Assembly (NCBI GenBank): GCA_965657825.1
Contig: CBFHQG010000001.1
Location: forward strand, 15,057 to 79,056
DNA: 64,000 nucleotides
Reading direction: 5' to 3'
Source: Actinomycetes bacterium
GTDB taxonomy: Bacteria; Actinomycetota; Actinomycetes; S36-B12
Part shown: positions 63,554-64,000 of the stretch, piece by piece
How positions within the stretch are numbered: the first letter of the stretch is position 1
Layout of the letters: each line of letters begins with the position of its first letter
The notes under the pieces: generated by a model
What the model was told of the DNA's origin: nothing
Database searches by the model: none
What the model saw: the letters and a program-made list of their open reading frames with translations, nothing else
Program-made: the position numbers and the translations under genes

Positions 63554-64000
63554 GTGTCCAAGCCCGTCGTCCTCATCGCCGAAGAACTCTCCCCGGCGAC
63601 CGTCGAGGCCCTCGGGCCGGACTTCGAGATCCGCTACTGCGACGGCGCTGATCGGGCCCAGTTGCTTCCCGCTATCGCCGACGTGGACGCGATCCTGGTG
63701 CGTTCGGCGACCAAGGTCGATGCCGAGGCCATCGCGGCGGCGACACGCTTGAAGGTGATCGCCCGCGCCGGCGTCGGATTGGACAACGTCGATGTGAAGG
63801 CCGCCACGCAGGCCGGTGTCATGGTCGTCAACGCGCCCACCTCCAACATCGTCAGTGCCGCGGAACTCGCTGTCGGACTGTTGCTGGCCAGCGCTCGCAA
63901 GATCGTCCCCGCCAATCTGTCGTTGAAGGCCGGGGAGTGGAAGCGGTCGAAGTACACCGGTGTGGAACTCACCGAGAAGACCGTCGGCATCGTGGGCCTG
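63554..64000 (+). CDS. serA: D-3-phosphoglycerate dehydrogenase, N-terminal part (continues past the window)
   Basis: Not in the ORF track because no stop lies in the window. GTG 63554 follows a GTGAGGTG Shine-Dalgarno. The translation is VSKPVVLIAEELSPATVEALG...RAGVGLDNVDV.AAT..GV.VVNAPTSN...AAEL. Confidence 0.9.
   Translation, partial: MSKPVVLIAEELSPATVEALGPDFEIRYCDGADRAQLLPAIADVDAILVRSATKVDAEAIAAATRLKVIARAGVGLDNVDVKAATQAGVMVVNAPTSNIVSAAELAVGLLLASARKIVPANLSLKAGEWKRSKYTGVELTEKTVGIVGL

Overview
This is a 64-kb stretch of a high-GC Actinomycetota chromosome (GC judged by eye, not computed). It is densely coding on both strands and almost entirely core metabolism. I recognised no rRNA, tRNA, CRISPR array, transposase or phage gene.

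Gene order:
- glyA (5'-truncated), wecA, two small AtpI/AtpZ-like membrane genes, atpBEFHAGDC.
- A DUF559 endonuclease-like gene bracketed by a 61-bp direct repeat. This is the only obviously accessory DNA in the window.
- PduO-type corrinoid adenosyltransferase, murA.
- A dispersed ethylmalonyl-CoA gene set (meaA/ecm, ccr, epimerase, thiolase, meaB, a double 3-hydroxyacyl-CoA dehydrogenase), interleaved with nucS, an aldehyde dehydrogenase, a hydrolase/SDR pair and an OatA-like acyltransferase.
- An alpha-glucan island: glgB-glgE, glgP, glgX, then enoyl-CoA hydratase, methyltransferase, acetyltransferase, GT4, GH57 and a second methyltransferase. This second part resembles the mycobacterial methylglucose-lipopolysaccharide (MGLP) locus.
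- etfBA, cysteine desulfurase, mnmA, ligA, gatCAB, a PQQ-type sugar dehydrogenase lipoprotein, a 2-hydroxyacid dehydrogenase.
- ilvD, a candidate ilvB leader, ilvBNC.
- A DUF2256/DUF3253-like zinc-ribbon gene coupled to an atypical photolyase-like gene, then serA (3'-truncated).

From memory, the gene order parallels two M. tuberculosis blocks (Rv1302-Rv1328 and Rv3039c-Rv2996c). The AtpE sequence does not look mycobacterial.

Most interesting observations:
1. The photolyase-like protein appears to have swapped domain order and a Cys cluster, and is translationally coupled to a zinc-ribbon protein.
2. The DUF559 cassette lies between duplicated hairpin repeats in the atpC / adenosyltransferase gap.
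3. An identical GAACGATCGTTC palindrome sits at the starts of both ccr and meaA.
4. The MGLP-like cluster is fused to glycogen genes.
5. There is a TTTCAGCAA repeat array in the glgE/glgP divergent promoter.

None of these could be checked against databases here. All start codons are my best reading and may be off.
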